A stretch of 8,163 nucleotides of DNA from a virus (Duplodnaviria > Heunggongvirae > Uroviricota > Caudoviricetes). Each line of letters starts with the position of its first letter. Within the stretch, counting starts at the first letter, position 1. The notes under the pieces were generated by a model, which saw only the letters and a list, made by a program, of their open reading frames with translations, was not told the DNA's origin and ran no database searches. The translations under genes and the position numbers were made by a program. Shown in pieces: positions 1-7,516 of this stretch. The DNA lies in IMG/VR virus record IMGVR_UViG_2681813321_000020; one strand, 5' to 3'.

Positions 1-215
1 GTAACGACTGGCAGACGCTGGAGCTGGTGTTCACCGCCGGCAGTGCCACGGTTACTCCGAAACTGAATGGAGTGGCTGGCCCGGCATTCCAGGTTATAAA
101 AGACAGTCTGACACTGGGACTGAATGCGCTGACGCTGACGGATGTTACAAAAAATGCAGCGTATGGCGTTGAGATAGAAAGTCTGATGCTGGAGATAAAT
201 GCACCGGCAGCATAA
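1..215 (+). CDS. 3' end of a prophage late-region gene (copy 1, truncated by window start); C-terminal beta-rich, lectin-like domain. Possibly the C-terminus of a NanS-p/YjhS-like prophage esterase, which is tentative.
   Basis: Open frame from window start to TAA TAA at 210-215. Identical to the C-terminus of ORF 4289..4978. Position immediately upstream of the holin matches the usual location of such genes in lambdoid prophages. Product assignment is from memory only. Confidence 0.5.
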   Translation, partial: NDWQTLELVFTAGSATVTPKLNGVAGPAFQVIKDSLTLGLNALTLTDVTKNAAYGVEIESLMLEINAPAA

Positions 216-217
216 TA

Positions 218-510
218 AAAAAAGCCAGCGACTGACCTGAAAAAGAAGACGCTGGCTAAAAGGCCTTATATGTTTGTAGAGACTTATTTTTCACAGACAG
301 CAATGATGCCTGTCAATATATTATCAATATGCGGATTGTTTCAGTTACAGATGCCTTATTAAGGAAAAAAACAGCCAGCACTGACTTTCGGTGGAGAGGT
401 GCTGGCTCAAAAGGATAGATGTACTTCACATGTTGCTTCTATATGGCAGTACATTTTCTGACAGACAGTGACGGATGTTGTCAAGATATTGTGTCATTTA
501 TAACCTGAAT
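218..510. repeat. Two diverged tandem modules of about 145 bp in the spacer between the late gene and the holin, each with a GCCAGC(G/A)...GCTGGC hairpin followed by AAAAGG and a TTTTC(A/T)GACAGACAG...TGTCAA(T/G)ATATT segment
   Basis: Module 1 hairpin: gccagcg (227-233) pairs with cgctggc (253-259). Module 2 hairpin: gccagcac (371-378) pairs with gtgctggc (396-403). Downstream segments 286-330 and 446-492 align with many matches. Read on the minus strand, each hairpin is followed by a T-run, so they look like terminators for minus-strand transcription. Confidence 0.55.
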
Positions 511-581
511 CAGGGGAGGCCGGAATGTTATCTGGCATTTTTAGCAGAGCCTGAATGCCATAATCACGGCTCCCGGCGTTG

Positions 582-620
582 GCCGTCAGTGGGTGACACT
601 GGCGGCTTTTTTGTTTTTCT
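582..620 (+). terminator. Rho-independent terminator just upstream of the holin
   Basis: 10-bp GC-rich stem 582-591 / 597-606 (one G-U wobble), 5-nt loop ggtga, then TTTTTTGTTTTTCTTT (607-620). About 40 nt upstream of the holin start. Confidence 0.6.
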
Positions 621-662
621 TTACTTTCATTTTCTGTCGGCGGTGACGGAGACATACATCAG

Positions 663-869
663 ATGGAAAAAATCACAACAGGTGTGTCATACACCACGTC
701 AGCGGTGGGGACGGGATACTGGTTACTGCAGCTGCTGGACAAAGTCTCTCCGTCCCAGTGGGTGGCAATAGGTGTGCTGGGAAGTCTGCTGTTTGGCCTG
801 CTGACGTATCTGACAAATCTTTATTTCAAGATTAAAGAAGATAAGCGTAAGGCTGCGAGAGGTGAATAA
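663..869 (+). CDS. S: Phage 21-type class II holin (pinholin S21-like), 68 aa
   Basis: Translation [68 protein letters not shown] is closely similar to the recalled S21 sequence, with two TM segments and a basic C-tail. GGAG at 648-651 precedes the ATG. Its stop overlaps the endolysin start (TAATG). Confidence 0.9.
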   Translation: MEKITTGVSYTTSAVGTGYWLLQLLDKVSPSQWVAIGVLGSLLFGLLTYLTNLYFKIKEDKRKAARGE

Positions 870-1365
870 TGTCGCCGTCATTACGCAAGGCTGTTGCAGC
901 TGCTATTGGTGGTGGGGCTGTTGCCATAGCGTCTGTGCTCATCACTGGTCCAGGTGGTAACGATGGTCTGGAAGGTGTCAGCTACATACCATACAAAGAT
1001 ATCGTTGGCGTATGGACTGTATGTCACGGACACACCGGAAAAGACATCATGCCCGGTAAAACGTATACCGAAGCAGAATGCAAAGCCCTCCTGAATAAAG
1101 ACCTTGCCACGGTCGCCAGACAAATTAACCCGTACATCAACGTCGATATACCGGAAACAACGCGCGCGCTCTTTACTCGTTCGTTTACAACGTGGGCGCT
1201 GGCAATTTCAGAACATCGACGCTTCTTCGCAAAATAAACCAGGGCGATATCAAAAGCGCATGTGATCAGCTACGGCGCTGGACATACGCTGGCGGTAAGC
1301 AATGGAAAGGGCTGATGACTCGCCGCGAGATTGAGCGTGAAGTCTGTTTGTGGGGGCAACAATGA
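869..1365 (+). pseudogene. R: SAR endolysin (R21-like lysozyme) with a frameshift: 1-bp deletion in the GC tract near 1163-1168
   Basis: Residues 1-98 match R21 (signal-anchor-release domain [17 protein letters not shown], catalytic E-8aa-D-5aa-T motif [17 protein letters not shown]). Frame 0 then reads ALFTRSF...FFAK and stops at 1235-1237. The R21 C-terminus ([41 protein letters not shown]) is intact in the +2 frame from 1171 to TGA 1363-1365. Our acgcgcgcgctctttac versus the expected acgcgcgGcgctctttac implies loss of one G. Confidence 0.75.
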
Positions 1366-1799
1366 GCAGGGTAACCGTTATTATCTCCGCTCTGGTTATC
1401 TGCATTATCGCCTGCCTGTCATGGGCTGTTAATCTTTACCGTGATAACGCCATCGCCTACAAAGAGCAGCGCGATAAAGCCACATCCATCATCGCTGATA
1501 TGCAGAAGCGGCAACGTGATGTAGCAGAACTTGACGCCAGATACACAAAGGAGCTTGCTGATGCTAATGCGACTATCGAAAGTCTCCGTGCTGATGTTTC
1601 TGCTGGGCGTAAGCGCCTGCAAGTCTTCGCCACCTGTGCAAAGTCAACGACCGGAGCCAGCAGCATGGGCGATGGAGAAAGCCCAGGACTTACAGCAGAT
1701 GCTGAACTCAATTATTACCGTCTCCGAGGTGGAATCGACAAGATAACCGCGCAGGTTAACTACCTGCAGGAATACATCAGGACGCAGTGCTTAAAATAA
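1362..1799 (+). CDS. Rz: Rz i-spanin (inner-membrane spanin subunit), 145 aa
   Basis: ATG at 1362 overlaps the endolysin +2-frame stop (ATGA). N-terminal TM helix [20 protein letters not shown], then a coiled-coil-rich periplasmic domain. Standard S-R-Rz order. Confidence 0.88.
   Translation: MSRVTVIISALVICIIACLSWAVNLYRDNAIAYKEQRDKATSIIADMQKRQRDVAELDARYTKELADANATIESLRADVSAGRKRLQVFATCAKSTTGASSMGDGESPGLTADAELNYYRLRGGIDKITAQVNYLQEYIRTQCLK
1561..1746 (+). CDS. Rz1: Rz1 o-spanin lipoprotein, embedded in Rz in the +1 frame, 61 aa
   Basis: AAGGAG at 1548-1553 sits 7 nt before ATG 1561. Signal peptide [20 protein letters not shown] with lipobox V-S-A-C, followed by a proline-rich mature region ([15 protein letters not shown]). 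Wholly embedded in Rz as in lambda. Confidence 0.75.
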   Translation: MLMRLSKVSVLMFLLGVSACKSSPPVQSQRPEPAAWAMEKAQDLQQMLNSIITVSEVESTR

Positions 1800-1836
1800 T
1801 TTTAATTTCACTGAAATTTAACAAGTGACTTTCAGG

Positions 1837-1866
1837 AAAATGCCTCGCAGATGCGGGGCATTTTTG
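1837..1866. terminator. Bidirectional rho-independent terminator after the lysis cassette
   Basis: aaaa-tgcctcg (1841-1847), loop cagatg, cggggca (1854-1860), then ttttt. A-run upstream and T-run downstream. Lies about 40 nt after the Rz stop. Confidence 0.6.
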
Positions 1867-1925
1867 TACCGGTATTTCACCGCGCACCGCAGCGCACAAT
1901 AAACACCGAACCTGACCCTTTGGAA

Positions 1926-1954
1926 GTAAGCGTGCAGCAAGAACCGTATTGACG
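1926..1954. repeat. IS66-family terminal inverted repeat (tnpC-proximal end)
   Basis: gtaagcgtgcagcaagaaccgtattgacg compared with the reverse complement of 4351-4379, gtaagcgtcgtctcagcaccgtctggcag; the first 8 nt are identical, with scattered matches beyond. Confidence 0.5.
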
Positions 1955-1962
1955 GGGATGTG

Positions 1963-3501
1963 TTATTCAGTCGGCAGTGCTACGCGCCAGGGGAGCAGTT
2001 CGCCGACCCGGTTTATCGGCCAGTCGGCTATGACGTCAAGGACATAGCGGAGGTAGCTTTCTGGCTCCACTCCGTTCAGTTTGCACGTCCCGATCAGGCT
2101 GTACAGCAGCGCTCCCCGCTCTCCTCCATGATCCGAACCGAAGAACAGGTAGTTTTTGCGGCCCAGACTGACCATCCGCAACGCATTTTCAGCGATGTTA
2201 TTGTCCGCCTCAGCCCAGCCATCATCTGCATAGTACGTCAGCGCCGGCCACTGGTTCAGGGCGTATGCGAACGCTTTCGCCAGTTCTGAGTGTCGCGACA
2301 GGGTTTTCATCTTTTCACGCAGCCAGCTTTCCAGGGATTTCAGCAGCGGTTTCGTTTTCAACTGACGTTCGGCAAGGCGCTGCTCCGCCGTCATTCCCCT
2401 TATCTCTGCCTCGATGGCGTACAGTTCGCCGATCCGTTTCAGCGCTTCCTCCGTCAGGGCTGACGGGGTGCGAACGTGCACATCGTGGATTTTACGGCGG
2501 GCGTGAGCCCAACAGGCGGCTTCCGTTATCCGGCCATCCCGGTACAGCTCGTTGAACCCGGCGTATGCATCCGCCTGCAGTACACCACTGAACCCCGCAA
2601 GATGGGTCTGCGGATGGATGCCTTTTCTGTCCGGGCTGTAAGCGAACAACACCGCCGGCGCCAGCGTTGACCCGGCGTTACGGTCGTCACGAACGTAGGT
2701 CCATAACCGCCCGGTCTTCGTTTTCTTATTGCCTGGCAACAGCACCGGGACAGGCGTGTCATCAGCATGGAGCTTACCGTCAGTCAGCACATAGTCCTGA
2801 AGCGCTTCTTCCAGCGGTGACAGTAGCCGGCAGCATGCATCCACCCAGCCCGACAGCAGTGAACGACTCAGCTCCACGCCCTGGCGGCCGTACATTTCAG
2901 ACTGGCGGTACAGCGGGGTGTGCTCTGCATACTTTGAGATCAGCACGCGGGCCAGCAGCCCCGGTCCTGCGATACCCCGCTCGATGGGCCGTGAAGGCGC
3001 GGGGGCCTGCACGATGGCATCGCACTGAGTACAGGCATGCTTTTCACGTACAGTCCGGATAACCCGGAAGGCGCTGCGCATCAACTCCAGCTGTTCGGCG
3101 GCATCCTCACCCAGATAGCTCAGTGAGCCTCCACATTCCGGGCAGCATGATGCTGCCGGCAGCAGCCGTTTTTCATCGCGGGGGAGTGATTCGGGGAACG
3201 GTTTGCGGGTGCGGGTTTGACGCAGCGGGCGCTGCACGGCCGGGTCGTCAACCCGACCGGTAAGGGTATCACTTTCTTTCTGAAGTGCCTTCAGGTCAGC
3301 TTCCATCTGTGCGATACGACGGGAGACTTTTTCGGAGCGGCTGCCGAAGTTCATCCGGCGCAGCTTATCCAGCTGTGCCTGCAGATGGTCTATTTCGCGT
3401 TCACGCTCGTTCAGCTTTTCCAGCAGGGCACGGTTCAGCGCCTCCTGTTCGGCAAGGAGACGTTTCAGTGCATTGATATCGTCAGGAAGTGAGCTGCTCA
3501 T
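1963..3501 (-). CDS. tnpC: IS66-family transposase TnpC (512 aa)
   Basis: N-terminal leucine-zipper-like region ([36 protein letters not shown]), zinc-finger-like CCPECGG...CTQC, and a large DDE-type catalytic region. Size and position after tnpB are typical. Confidence 0.93.
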   Translation of the reverse strand: MSSSLPDDINALKRLLAEQEALNRALLEKLNEREREIDHLQAQLDKLRRMNFGSRSEKVSRRIAQMEADLKALQKESDTLTGRVDDPAVQRPLRQTRTRKPFPESLPRDEKRLLPAASCCPECGGSLSYLGEDAAEQLELMRSAFRVIRTVREKHACTQCDAIVQAPAPSRPIERGIAGPGLLARVLISKYAEHTPLYRQSEMYGRQGVELSRSLLSGWVDACCRLLSPLEEALQDYVLTDGKLHADDTPVPVLLPGNKKTKTGRLWTYVRDDRNAGSTLAPAVLFAYSPDRKGIHPQTHLAGFSGVLQADAYAGFNELYRDGRITEAACWAHARRKIHDVHVRTPSALTEEALKRIGELYAIEAEIRGMTAEQRLAERQLKTKPLLKSLESWLREKMKTLSRHSELAKAFAYALNQWPALTYYADDGWAEADNNIAENALRMVSLGRKNYLFFGSDHGGERGALLYSLIGTCKLNGVEPESYLRYVLDVIADWPINRVGELLPWRVALPTE

Positions 3502-3549
3502 ACCGGGTATATTACCAGGCTCATTCAGCGTCGACCAGGATAAAGAGGC

Positions 3550-3897
3550 TTACAACATAGTCAGGGACGTAAGCAGTCTTTTAGGCTGCCGCCAGTCGAT
3601 ACCTTCCAGCAGCATCGCCAGCTGTGCCGGTGTGAGGAACACTTTGCCATCCCGGGCTGACGGCCAGGCGAAGCGGCCGCGCTCCAGCCGTTTGGTCAGC
3701 AGACACAGTCCATCGCCGGTAGACCAGAGGAGCTTTACCTGACTGCCATTACGCCCACGGAAGATAAAAACGTGACCTGACATCGGATCGTCTTTCAGCG
3801 TCGTCTGCACCTTTGCCGCCAGGCCGTTGAAGCCGTTTCTCATATCGGTGATGCCAGCGACCAGCCAGATCTTTGTCCCTGATGGTAATGGGATCAA
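3550..3897 (-). CDS. tnpB: IS66-family accessory protein TnpB (Orf2), 115 aa
   Basis: Translation MIPLPSGTKIWLVAGITDMRNGFNGLAAKVQ... matches the conserved IS66 Orf2 family. Its start overlaps the tnpA stop (ATGA). Confidence 0.88.
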   Translation of the reverse strand: MIPLPSGTKIWLVAGITDMRNGFNGLAAKVQTTLKDDPMSGHVFIFRGRNGSQVKLLWSTGDGLCLLTKRLERGRFAWPSARDGKVFLTPAQLAMLLEGIDWRQPKRLLTSLTML

Positions 3898-4298
3898 CGT
3901 TTGAGCTCCCGTATCAGCAGGTTCAGGATATTTTCGCTGATGGCACCATTCAGACGGAGTGATCCGTGCCGGAACGTCACTTCACAGCTGATATTGAGTG
4001 ATTCAGGTGTCGCAGCAGCTACAGGTTGTGACCGGGGGGAGGTTGTAGGGACAACATCTTCGGCATCAAGTGTTATCGGGAGCAGCTCAGGCACGTTGTT
4101 TTCTGTTGTTGAAGGAGGACGTAGTTTTCCTTCGCGCCAGTACTGGCGCCACTTGAACAGCAAATTATCGTTGATCCCATGCTCACGAGCGAGTTGCGCT
4201 ACGGAGAGCTCTGGTCGATGCGAGAGTTCAACCATTTTGATTTTGAACTCAACGGGATAATTAGGGCTTTTTTTACGCACTGCGGTTAATGATTTCAT
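3894..4298 (-). CDS. tnpA: IS66-family TnpA (Orf1; IS3-type HTH transposase-accessory protein), 134 aa
   Basis: HTH region ELSVAQLAREHGINDNLLFKWRQYWREG is typical of IS3/IS66 OrfA proteins. First gene inside the IS end. Confidence 0.85.
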   Translation of the reverse strand: MKSLTAVRKKSPNYPVEFKIKMVELSHRPELSVAQLAREHGINDNLLFKWRQYWREGKLRPPSTTENNVPELLPITLDAEDVVPTTSPRSQPVAAATPESLNISCEVTFRHGSLRLNGAISENILNLLIRELKR

Positions 4299-4350
4299 GG
4301 ATAGCGTCCACCATATTTGGTGTCCACTATTCTCTCAGGAATTTCAGGAT

Positions 4351-4379
4351 CTGCCAGACGGTGCTGAGACGACGCTTAC
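4351..4379. repeat. IS66-family terminal inverted repeat (tnpA-proximal end)
   Basis: Ends in ...gacgcttac, the reverse complement of the GTAAGCG terminus at 1926. Confidence 0.5.
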
Positions 4380-4978
4380 AGCTGCCGGCAGCCGGAGAGG
4401 CTGCTGCGCAGGGCTGGAGCATTAAGGATGGCGGAATTCAGTTGTCAGATGGTGTATTTAAGATCACCAAGCAGAGCAATAAAACCTGGTCCCTGACGCA
4501 TCCGGTGGATGACGCAATTACCCTGCTGACACAGGGCGGCAGACTGACCTGTAAGTTCCGCCTGTCAGGCGCACTGACCAACAATCAGTTCGGGCTGGGG
4601 ATTTATCTGTATACGGACGCTCCCGTTCCTGATGGTGTGGCGATGACGGGTACCGGTAATCCGTTCCTGATGTCGTACTTCACTCAGACCACTGACGGCA
4701 GAGTGAATCTGATGCATCACAGGAAAGCCGGAAACACGAAGCTGGGGGAGTTCGGCGATTACGGTAACGACTGGCAGACGCTGGAGCTGGTGTTCACCGC
4801 CGGCAGTGCCACGGTTACTCCGAAACTGAATGGAGTGGCTGGCCCGGCATTCCAGGTTATAAAAGACAGTCTGACACTGGGACTGAATGCGCTGACGCTG
4901 ACGGATGTTACAAAAAATGCAGCGTATGGCGTTGAGATAGAAAGTCTGATGCTGGAGATAAATGCACCGGCAGCATAA
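4380..4978 (+). pseudogene. 3' fragment of a prophage late-region gene, truncated at its 5' side by the IS66 element (same gene as 1..215)
   Basis: The frame is open from the IS boundary to TAA at 4976-4978 and encodes a beta-rich, lectin-like C-terminal domain. The ORF-track start at 4289 lies inside the IS, so the first 30 codons are IS-derived, not native. Confidence 0.6.
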
Positions 4979-4980
4979 TA

Positions 4981-5273
4981 AAAAAAGCCAGCGACTGACC
5001 TGAAAAAGAAGACGCTGGCTAAAAGGCCTTATATGTTTGTAGAGACTTATTTTTCACAGACAGCAATGATGCCTGTCAATATATTATCAATATGCGGATT
5101 GTTTCAGTTACAGATGCCTTATTAAGGAAAAAAACAGCCAGCACTGACTTTCGGTGGAGAGGTGCTGGCTCAAAAGGATAGATGTACTTCACATGTTGCT
5201 TCTATATGGCAGTACATTTTCTGACAGACAGTGACGGATGTTGTCAAGATATTGTGTCATTTATAACCTGAAT
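4981..5273. repeat. Copy 2 of the two tandem ~145-bp hairpin modules
   Basis: Same sequence as 218..510. Confidence 0.55.
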
Positions 5274-5344
5274 CAGGGGAGGCCGGAATGTTATCTGGCA
5301 TTTTTAGCAGAGCCTGAATGCCATAATCACGGCTCCCGGCGTTG

Positions 5345-5383
5345 GCCGTCAGTGGGTGACACTGGCGGCTTTTTTGTTTTTCT
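5345..5383 (+). terminator. Rho-independent terminator upstream of the holin (copy 2)
   Basis: Same sequence as 582..620. Confidence 0.6.
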
Positions 5384-5425
5384 TTACTTTCATTTTCTGT
5401 CGGCGGTGACGGAGACATACATCAG

Positions 5426-5632
5426 ATGGAAAAAATCACAACAGGTGTGTCATACACCACGTCAGCGGTGGGGACGGGATACTGGTTACTGCAGCTGCTG
5501 GACAAAGTCTCTCCGTCCCAGTGGGTGGCAATAGGTGTGCTGGGAAGTCTGCTGTTTGGCCTGCTGACGTATCTGACAAATCTTTATTTCAAGATTAAAG
5601 AAGATAAGCGTAAGGCTGCGAGAGGTGAATAA
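5426..5632 (+). CDS. S: Phage 21-type pinholin, 68 aa (copy 2)
   Basis: Translation identical to 663..869. Confidence 0.9.
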   Translation: MEKITTGVSYTTSAVGTGYWLLQLLDKVSPSQWVAIGVLGSLLFGLLTYLTNLYFKIKEDKRKAARGE

Positions 5633-6128
5633 TGTCGCCGTCATTACGCAAGGCTGTTGCAGCTGCTATTGGTGGTGGGGCTGTTGCCATAGCGTCTGTG
5701 CTCATCACTGGTCCAGGTGGTAACGATGGTCTGGAAGGTGTCAGCTACATACCATACAAAGATATCGTTGGCGTATGGACTGTATGTCACGGACACACCG
5801 GAAAAGACATCATGCCCGGTAAAACGTATACCGAAGCAGAATGCAAAGCCCTCCTGAATAAAGACCTTGCCACGGTCGCCAGACAAATTAACCCGTACAT
5901 CAACGTCGATATACCGGAAACAACGCGCGCGCTCTTTACTCGTTCGTTTACAACGTGGGCGCTGGCAATTTCAGAACATCGACGCTTCTTCGCAAAATAA
6001 ACCAGGGCGATATCAAAAGCGCATGTGATCAGCTACGGCGCTGGACATACGCTGGCGGTAAGCAATGGAAAGGGCTGATGACTCGCCGCGAGATTGAGCG
6101 TGAAGTCTGTTTGTGGGGGCAACAATGA
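5632..6128 (+). pseudogene. R: SAR endolysin (R21-like) with the same 1-bp deletion frameshift (copy 2)
   Basis: The frame-0 product is identical to copy 1 (122 aa) and the C-terminal lobe is likewise in the +2 frame. The frameshift site is near 5926-5931. Confidence 0.75.
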
Positions 6129-6562
6129 GCAGGGTAACCGTTATTATCTCCGCTCTGGTTATCTGCATTATCGCCTGCCTGTCATGGGCTGTTAATCTTT
6201 ACCGTGATAACGCCATCGCCTACAAAGAGCAGCGCGATAAAGCCACATCCATCATCGCTGATATGCAGAAGCGGCAACGTGATGTAGCAGAACTTGACGC
6301 CAGATACACAAAGGAGCTTGCTGATGCTAATGCGACTATCGAAAGTCTCCGTGCTGATGTTTCTGCTGGGCGTAAGCGCCTGCAAGTCTTCGCCACCTGT
6401 GCAAAGTCAACGACCGGAGCCAGCAGCATGGGCGATGGAGAAAGCCCAGGACTTACAGCAGATGCTGAACTCAATTATTACCGTCTCCGAGGTGGAATCG
6501 ACAAGATAACCGCGCAGGTTAACTACCTGCAGGAATACATCAGGACGCAGTGCTTAAAATAA
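6125..6562 (+). CDS. Rz: Rz i-spanin (copy 2)
   Basis: Translation identical to 1362..1799. Confidence 0.88.
   Translation: MSRVTVIISALVICIIACLSWAVNLYRDNAIAYKEQRDKATSIIADMQKRQRDVAELDARYTKELADANATIESLRADVSAGRKRLQVFATCAKSTTGASSMGDGESPGLTADAELNYYRLRGGIDKITAQVNYLQEYIRTQCLK
6324..6509 (+). CDS. Rz1: Rz1 o-spanin lipoprotein (copy 2)
   Basis: Translation identical to 1561..1746. Confidence 0.75.
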   Translation: MLMRLSKVSVLMFLLGVSACKSSPPVQSQRPEPAAWAMEKAQDLQQMLNSIITVSEVESTR

Positions 6563-6599
6563 TTTTAATTTCACTGAAATTTAACAAGTGACTTTCAGG

Positions 6600-6629
6600 A
6601 AAATGCCTCGCAGATGCGGGGCATTTTTG
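6600..6629. terminator. Bidirectional terminator after Rz (copy 2)
   Basis: Same sequence as 1837..1866. Confidence 0.6.
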
Positions 6630-6780
6630 TACCGGTATTTCACCGCGCACCGCAGCGCACAATAAACACCGAACCTGACCCTTTGGAATGGGCCTTTGAG
6701 GATACCAGTTAGTGCTGGCGAGCCTCGGTGGGCTGGTTTCCTATGCGGCAAAGGTTCATTTCAAAGAAGCAGGCAACGCC

Positions 6781-7329
6781 ATGAATGAATTAATTGCGAA
6801 TCATGACTTCGACTTTCGCCAGTTAGTTACCGCAGCAGAAGGTCAACCGGTAACTGACACCTTCCAGATTGCCAGGGCATTTGGTAAACGCCATCAGCAT
6901 GTGATTAGGGCTATTAAATGTTTGAGATGTTCTGAGGAATTCTCGACAACCCATTTTTGGGCCGTCGAGAAAATCAATGACTTAGGTATTTTTGACAAGA
7001 AACAGATTTACTACCGCATGGACTTTAGTGGCTTCGTTATGCTGGTTATGGGATTTAACGGGGCAAAAGCCGATGCTGTTAAAGAAGCCTATATCAATGC
7101 GTTTAACTGGATGTCAGCAGAACTCCGTAAGTACAGCGAAAGTTATGAAGCAGAACGTAACGCCGTAATGCTGGAGTACATGAAAGAGAAGGATGTCGCC
7201 AGCATGTCAGGCCGTCTGCTCAATCGCTGGGGGAGAACGAAAAAACCTCAATTGCTTGCAAAGCTGGAACGTCTGGAGAGACAGGGACAGTTTTTATTAC
7301 CGGGATTCGATAAAGGTATTCAAGCCTGA
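6781..7329 (+). CDS. Phage regulatory protein, Rha family (antirepressor-like), about 182 aa
   Basis: Motif VTDTFQIARAFGKRHQHVIRAIK plus ...FSGFVMLVMGFNGAKADAVKEAYINAFNWM resemble the conserved core of the Phage_pRha family as I recall it. ATG at 6781 chosen over the upstream GTG at 6712 because the family usually starts close to the FGKRH motif; the start is uncertain. Confidence 0.62.
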   Translation: MNELIANHDFDFRQLVTAAEGQPVTDTFQIARAFGKRHQHVIRAIKCLRCSEEFSTTHFWAVEKINDLGIFDKKQIYYRMDFSGFVMLVMGFNGAKADAVKEAYINAFNWMSAELRKYSESYEAERNAVMLEYMKEKDVASMSGRLLNRWGRTKKPQLLAKLERLERQGQFLLPGFDKGIQA

Positions 7330-7516
7330 CACATTATGCGCTGTATCGTCGCCGTATTCCCGCATTAACCATGACCGTAGCCCGACGGGGAATTCCTTCT
7401 GCGTGAGTGTGCGGGAATAATCAAAAACGATGCACACCGGGTTTTACTGTGCTGACAGACGCAGGGTTACCCTCATAGTCGCTTTTCCGGTGCGATGGTG
7501 GAAGAAACCGGGATGT

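Larger units (their letters stand above)
1..1925. repeat. Direct repeat copy A of the lysis-cassette block (window-truncated at the left); same sequence as 4764..6688
   Basis: All six-frame ORF translations are identical between the copies at a constant offset of 4763 bp. Spot checks of intergenic stretches (216-260 vs 4979-5023; 1800-1925 vs 6563-6688) are also identical. Identity ends at 1925/6688 (next base g vs t). Confidence 0.9.
1926..4379 (-). mobile_element. IS66-family insertion sequence (about 2454 bp; ISEc8/IS66-like) with tnpA-tnpB-tnpC on the minus strand
   Basis: Three ORFs with typical IS66 organisation. Ends begin with GTAAGCG (1926-1932) and its reverse complement CGCTTAC (4373-4379); the termini form imperfect inverted repeats (about 18 of 29 positions match). 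Flanking 8-mers differ (ctttggaa vs agctgccg), so there is no target-site duplication. Confidence 0.9.
4764..6688. repeat. Direct repeat copy B of the lysis-cassette block (same sequence as 1..1925)
   Basis: See copy A; the offset is exactly 4763 bp. Confidence 0.9.

Noticed and set aside
478-504. Sigma70-like promoter (TTGTCA ... TATAAC) upstream of the holin
   Set aside because: The spacer is about 15 bp and the -10 is poor. Kept only as a weak candidate within the spacer finding, not annotated as a feature.
475-771. 98-aa plus-strand ORF spanning the pre-holin terminator and overlapping the holin start (copy at 5238..5534)
   Set aside because: It reads through a strong terminator hairpin and T-run and overlaps the holin in another frame, with no Shine-Dalgarno at its start. 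Treated as spurious.
881-1123. 80-aa minus-strand ORF inside the endolysin gene (and its copy at 5644..5886)
   Set aside because: Antisense to a well-supported, conserved endolysin coding region, with no ribosome-binding site or recognisable product. Treated as a chance ORF.
1419-1711. Minus-strand ORFs of 67 and 84 aa overlapping Rz/Rz1 (and copies at 6182..6474)
   Set aside because: Antisense to Rz/Rz1, whose two sense frames are already used. Composition is typical of antisense shadow ORFs.
1960-3062. Several plus-strand ORFs (64-131 aa) inside the IS66 element, antisense to tnpC
   Set aside because: High-GC antisense frames of a conserved transposase gene. IS66 elements are not known to encode sense-strand proteins there.
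3473-4260. Plus-strand ORFs of 89 and 119 aa antisense to tnpB/tnpA
   Set aside because: Same reasoning: shadow ORFs opposite conserved IS66 genes.
7193-7420. 75-aa plus-strand ORF overlapping the 3' end of the Rha gene
   Set aside because: Out-of-frame overlap with the better-supported Rha CDS, with no ribosome-binding site or recognisable domain.
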